Positions 14,027-15,244 of a stretch of DNA of 15,244 nucleotides are shown in pieces. The number at the start of each line of letters is the position of its first letter. Position 1 is the stretch's first letter. Below the pieces are notes generated by a model that had not been told where the DNA came from, did no database searches, and saw only the letters and a list, made by a program, of their open reading frames with translations. This DNA comes from a virus (Duplodnaviria; Heunggongvirae; Uroviricota; Caudoviricetes), in IMG/VR virus record IMGVR_UViG_2695420523_000022; one strand, 5' to 3'. The translations under genes and the position numbers were made by a program.

Positions 14027-15244
14027 TTATTTTCTTCTGGCTACTGGTAGCGTGGTTACGTTTTCATGTGTTCCCGCCAGTATCCCTAACCGCTCCATCC
14101 ACATATCCAGCACATTGCGTTTAGCATCCAGATAACGGGAATGATTATAAACTCGCTGCATTCCTGGCATCTGGTGGCCTGTAAGCTGCTCCACGACATG
14201 CGGATCAACGCCTAAATCGTTCAGCATGGTTGTAAAGGTGCGCCGGATGTCATGCAGTGACCAGTGAGGATGATTAAGCCTCCTGTGCGCTAATCTTCCA
14301 TACTGCGATACGCTGGCCTCCTGTTTCACTTCCCCCAGCAATAAGCCCGTGTGCCTGTTCTGCTCCACCAGCTGCGTGACGAACGGCAGGATCGCTTCCG
14401 GTATGGGCCGGAATATTGCGACCTTCGTTTTGCTGTGCTCCTTCGGAACGGTCCATAGCATTTCCGTAAAATCCCACTCCCCGATCTCCGATAGCCTCAG
14501 TTCTACCGTCCTGGCTCCGAAGACAATCAGGAGGCGGATTAACGCGACGTAGTAAGGGGAAAATATTTTTTTGTCCAGTGCCTGCAATAATTCGCCAAGT
14601 TCTTTGTTACTTAAGACACGTTCGCTTATATCCGGTTTTTTCCCAACGTCCGCCACGTTCAGATCGTCCAGAACGTTGCTGATTGCATAGCGCCGCCTAC
14701 GGCAGAACTTAAGCGCCTGTTTGCACGCCTGTAGCACGAATCCGGCAGTAACAGGCGTTCGCTTTGCCACCAGGTCAAAACAGGCCAGCCAGTGCCGTAG
14801 CTCGCATTTATCCAGCGGCATAGCACCAATCTGCTGTATTACGTGATTATTAAGTCGCCTTTTCAGGGCGATATAATCCACGCGGTTTTCCTTTACGTAA
14901 TACTCAAGCCAATAGGTGAGCGCATCGCCAACCGTTACGGGCTTTAACGCTTCCTGTACGGTGTAATTCATCTCATGACGTGGATTTTTCCCCTCAGCCA
15001 GCCATGTGCGACACTGTGCGGCTTTTTCCCTGGCTGCTTTCAGGCTCAGATCAGGATAACTTCCCAGCTTAATGCGTTCGGGTCGTGTCTCCCTTCCCGT
15101 TCCGGCCCTGTATGTGAAATACCAGGTCAATTTCCCTGATGTTAAATATTTCACGCTCAGGTTTCCGCCATCACTATAAAACGTGTTTTTCTCCGCTGGC
15201 TTACCATGAAGTTTCCTTAGCAAGGTATCGCTCAGTTTGTTCAT
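14027..15244 (-). CDS. int: Tyrosine integrase, P4-type with N-terminal arm-binding domain (405 aa)
   Basis: N-terminus ...FYSDGGNLSVKYLTSGKLTWYFTYR...IKLGSYPDLSLKAAREKA matches the P4-like integrase N-domain; C-terminal HDIRRT...H..Y catalytic region; ATG sits exactly at the window edge, so the true start and promoter are unseen. Confidence 0.85.
   Translation of the reverse strand: MNKLSDTLLRKLHGKPAEKNTFYSDGGNLSVKYLTSGKLTWYFTYRAGTGRETRPERIKLGSYPDLSLKAAREKAAQCRTWLAEGKNPRHEMNYTVQEALKPVTVGDALTYWLEYYVKENRVDYIALKRRLNNHVIQQIGAMPLDKCELRHWLACFDLVAKRTPVTAGFVLQACKQALKFCRRRRYAISNVLDDLNVADVGKKPDISERVLSNKELGELLQALDKKIFSPYYVALIRLLIVFGARTVELRLSEIGEWDFTEMLWTVPKEHSKTKVAIFRPIPEAILPFVTQLVEQNRHTGLLLGEVKQEASVSQYGRLAHRRLNHPHWSLHDIRRTFTTMLNDLGVDPHVVEQLTGHQMPGMQRVYNHSRYLDAKRNVLDMWMERLGILAGTHENVTTLPVARRK

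Larger units (their letters stand above)
136..15244 (-). mobile_element. Integrated phage satellite, cf-PICI-like: int, alpA, replication module and a tail-less HK97-type capsid and packaging module; right end not in window
   Basis: Gene content and order read from the six-frame translations; compact minus-strand operon with overlapping stop/start codons; no tail, baseplate or lysis genes; left junction inside tqsA. Confidence 0.7.

Overview
The window is almost entirely one integrated mobile element inserted into the 5' end of a tqsA-like chromosomal gene (junction near 136-145). All element genes but two run on the minus strand. From right to left: a P4-type tyrosine integrase (14027-15244), an AlpA-family regulator, a divergent repressor-controlled promoter region with a YlcI-like ribbon-helix-helix gene, an accessory operon of six small unknown ORFs, a RepA-like replication ATPase followed by an iteron origin, SSB, a PerC-like regulator, and a complete HK97-type head and packaging module in inverted order (capsid, protease, portal, head closure, connector, HNH, TerS, TerL). 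There are no tail, baseplate or lysis genes. My reading is a capsid-forming phage satellite (cf-PICI-like) that builds its own capsid and must borrow tails from a helper phage. The most striking sequence-level signals are three arrays of 10-bp-phased GAACAA repeats, TGTGCGCACA operators embedded in a consensus promoter, a terminator-like hairpin abutting the capsid start codon, and a palindrome-dense non-coding region at the left end. All protein calls come from reading the translations and recalled family signatures; no database search was run. The right boundary lies outside the window.
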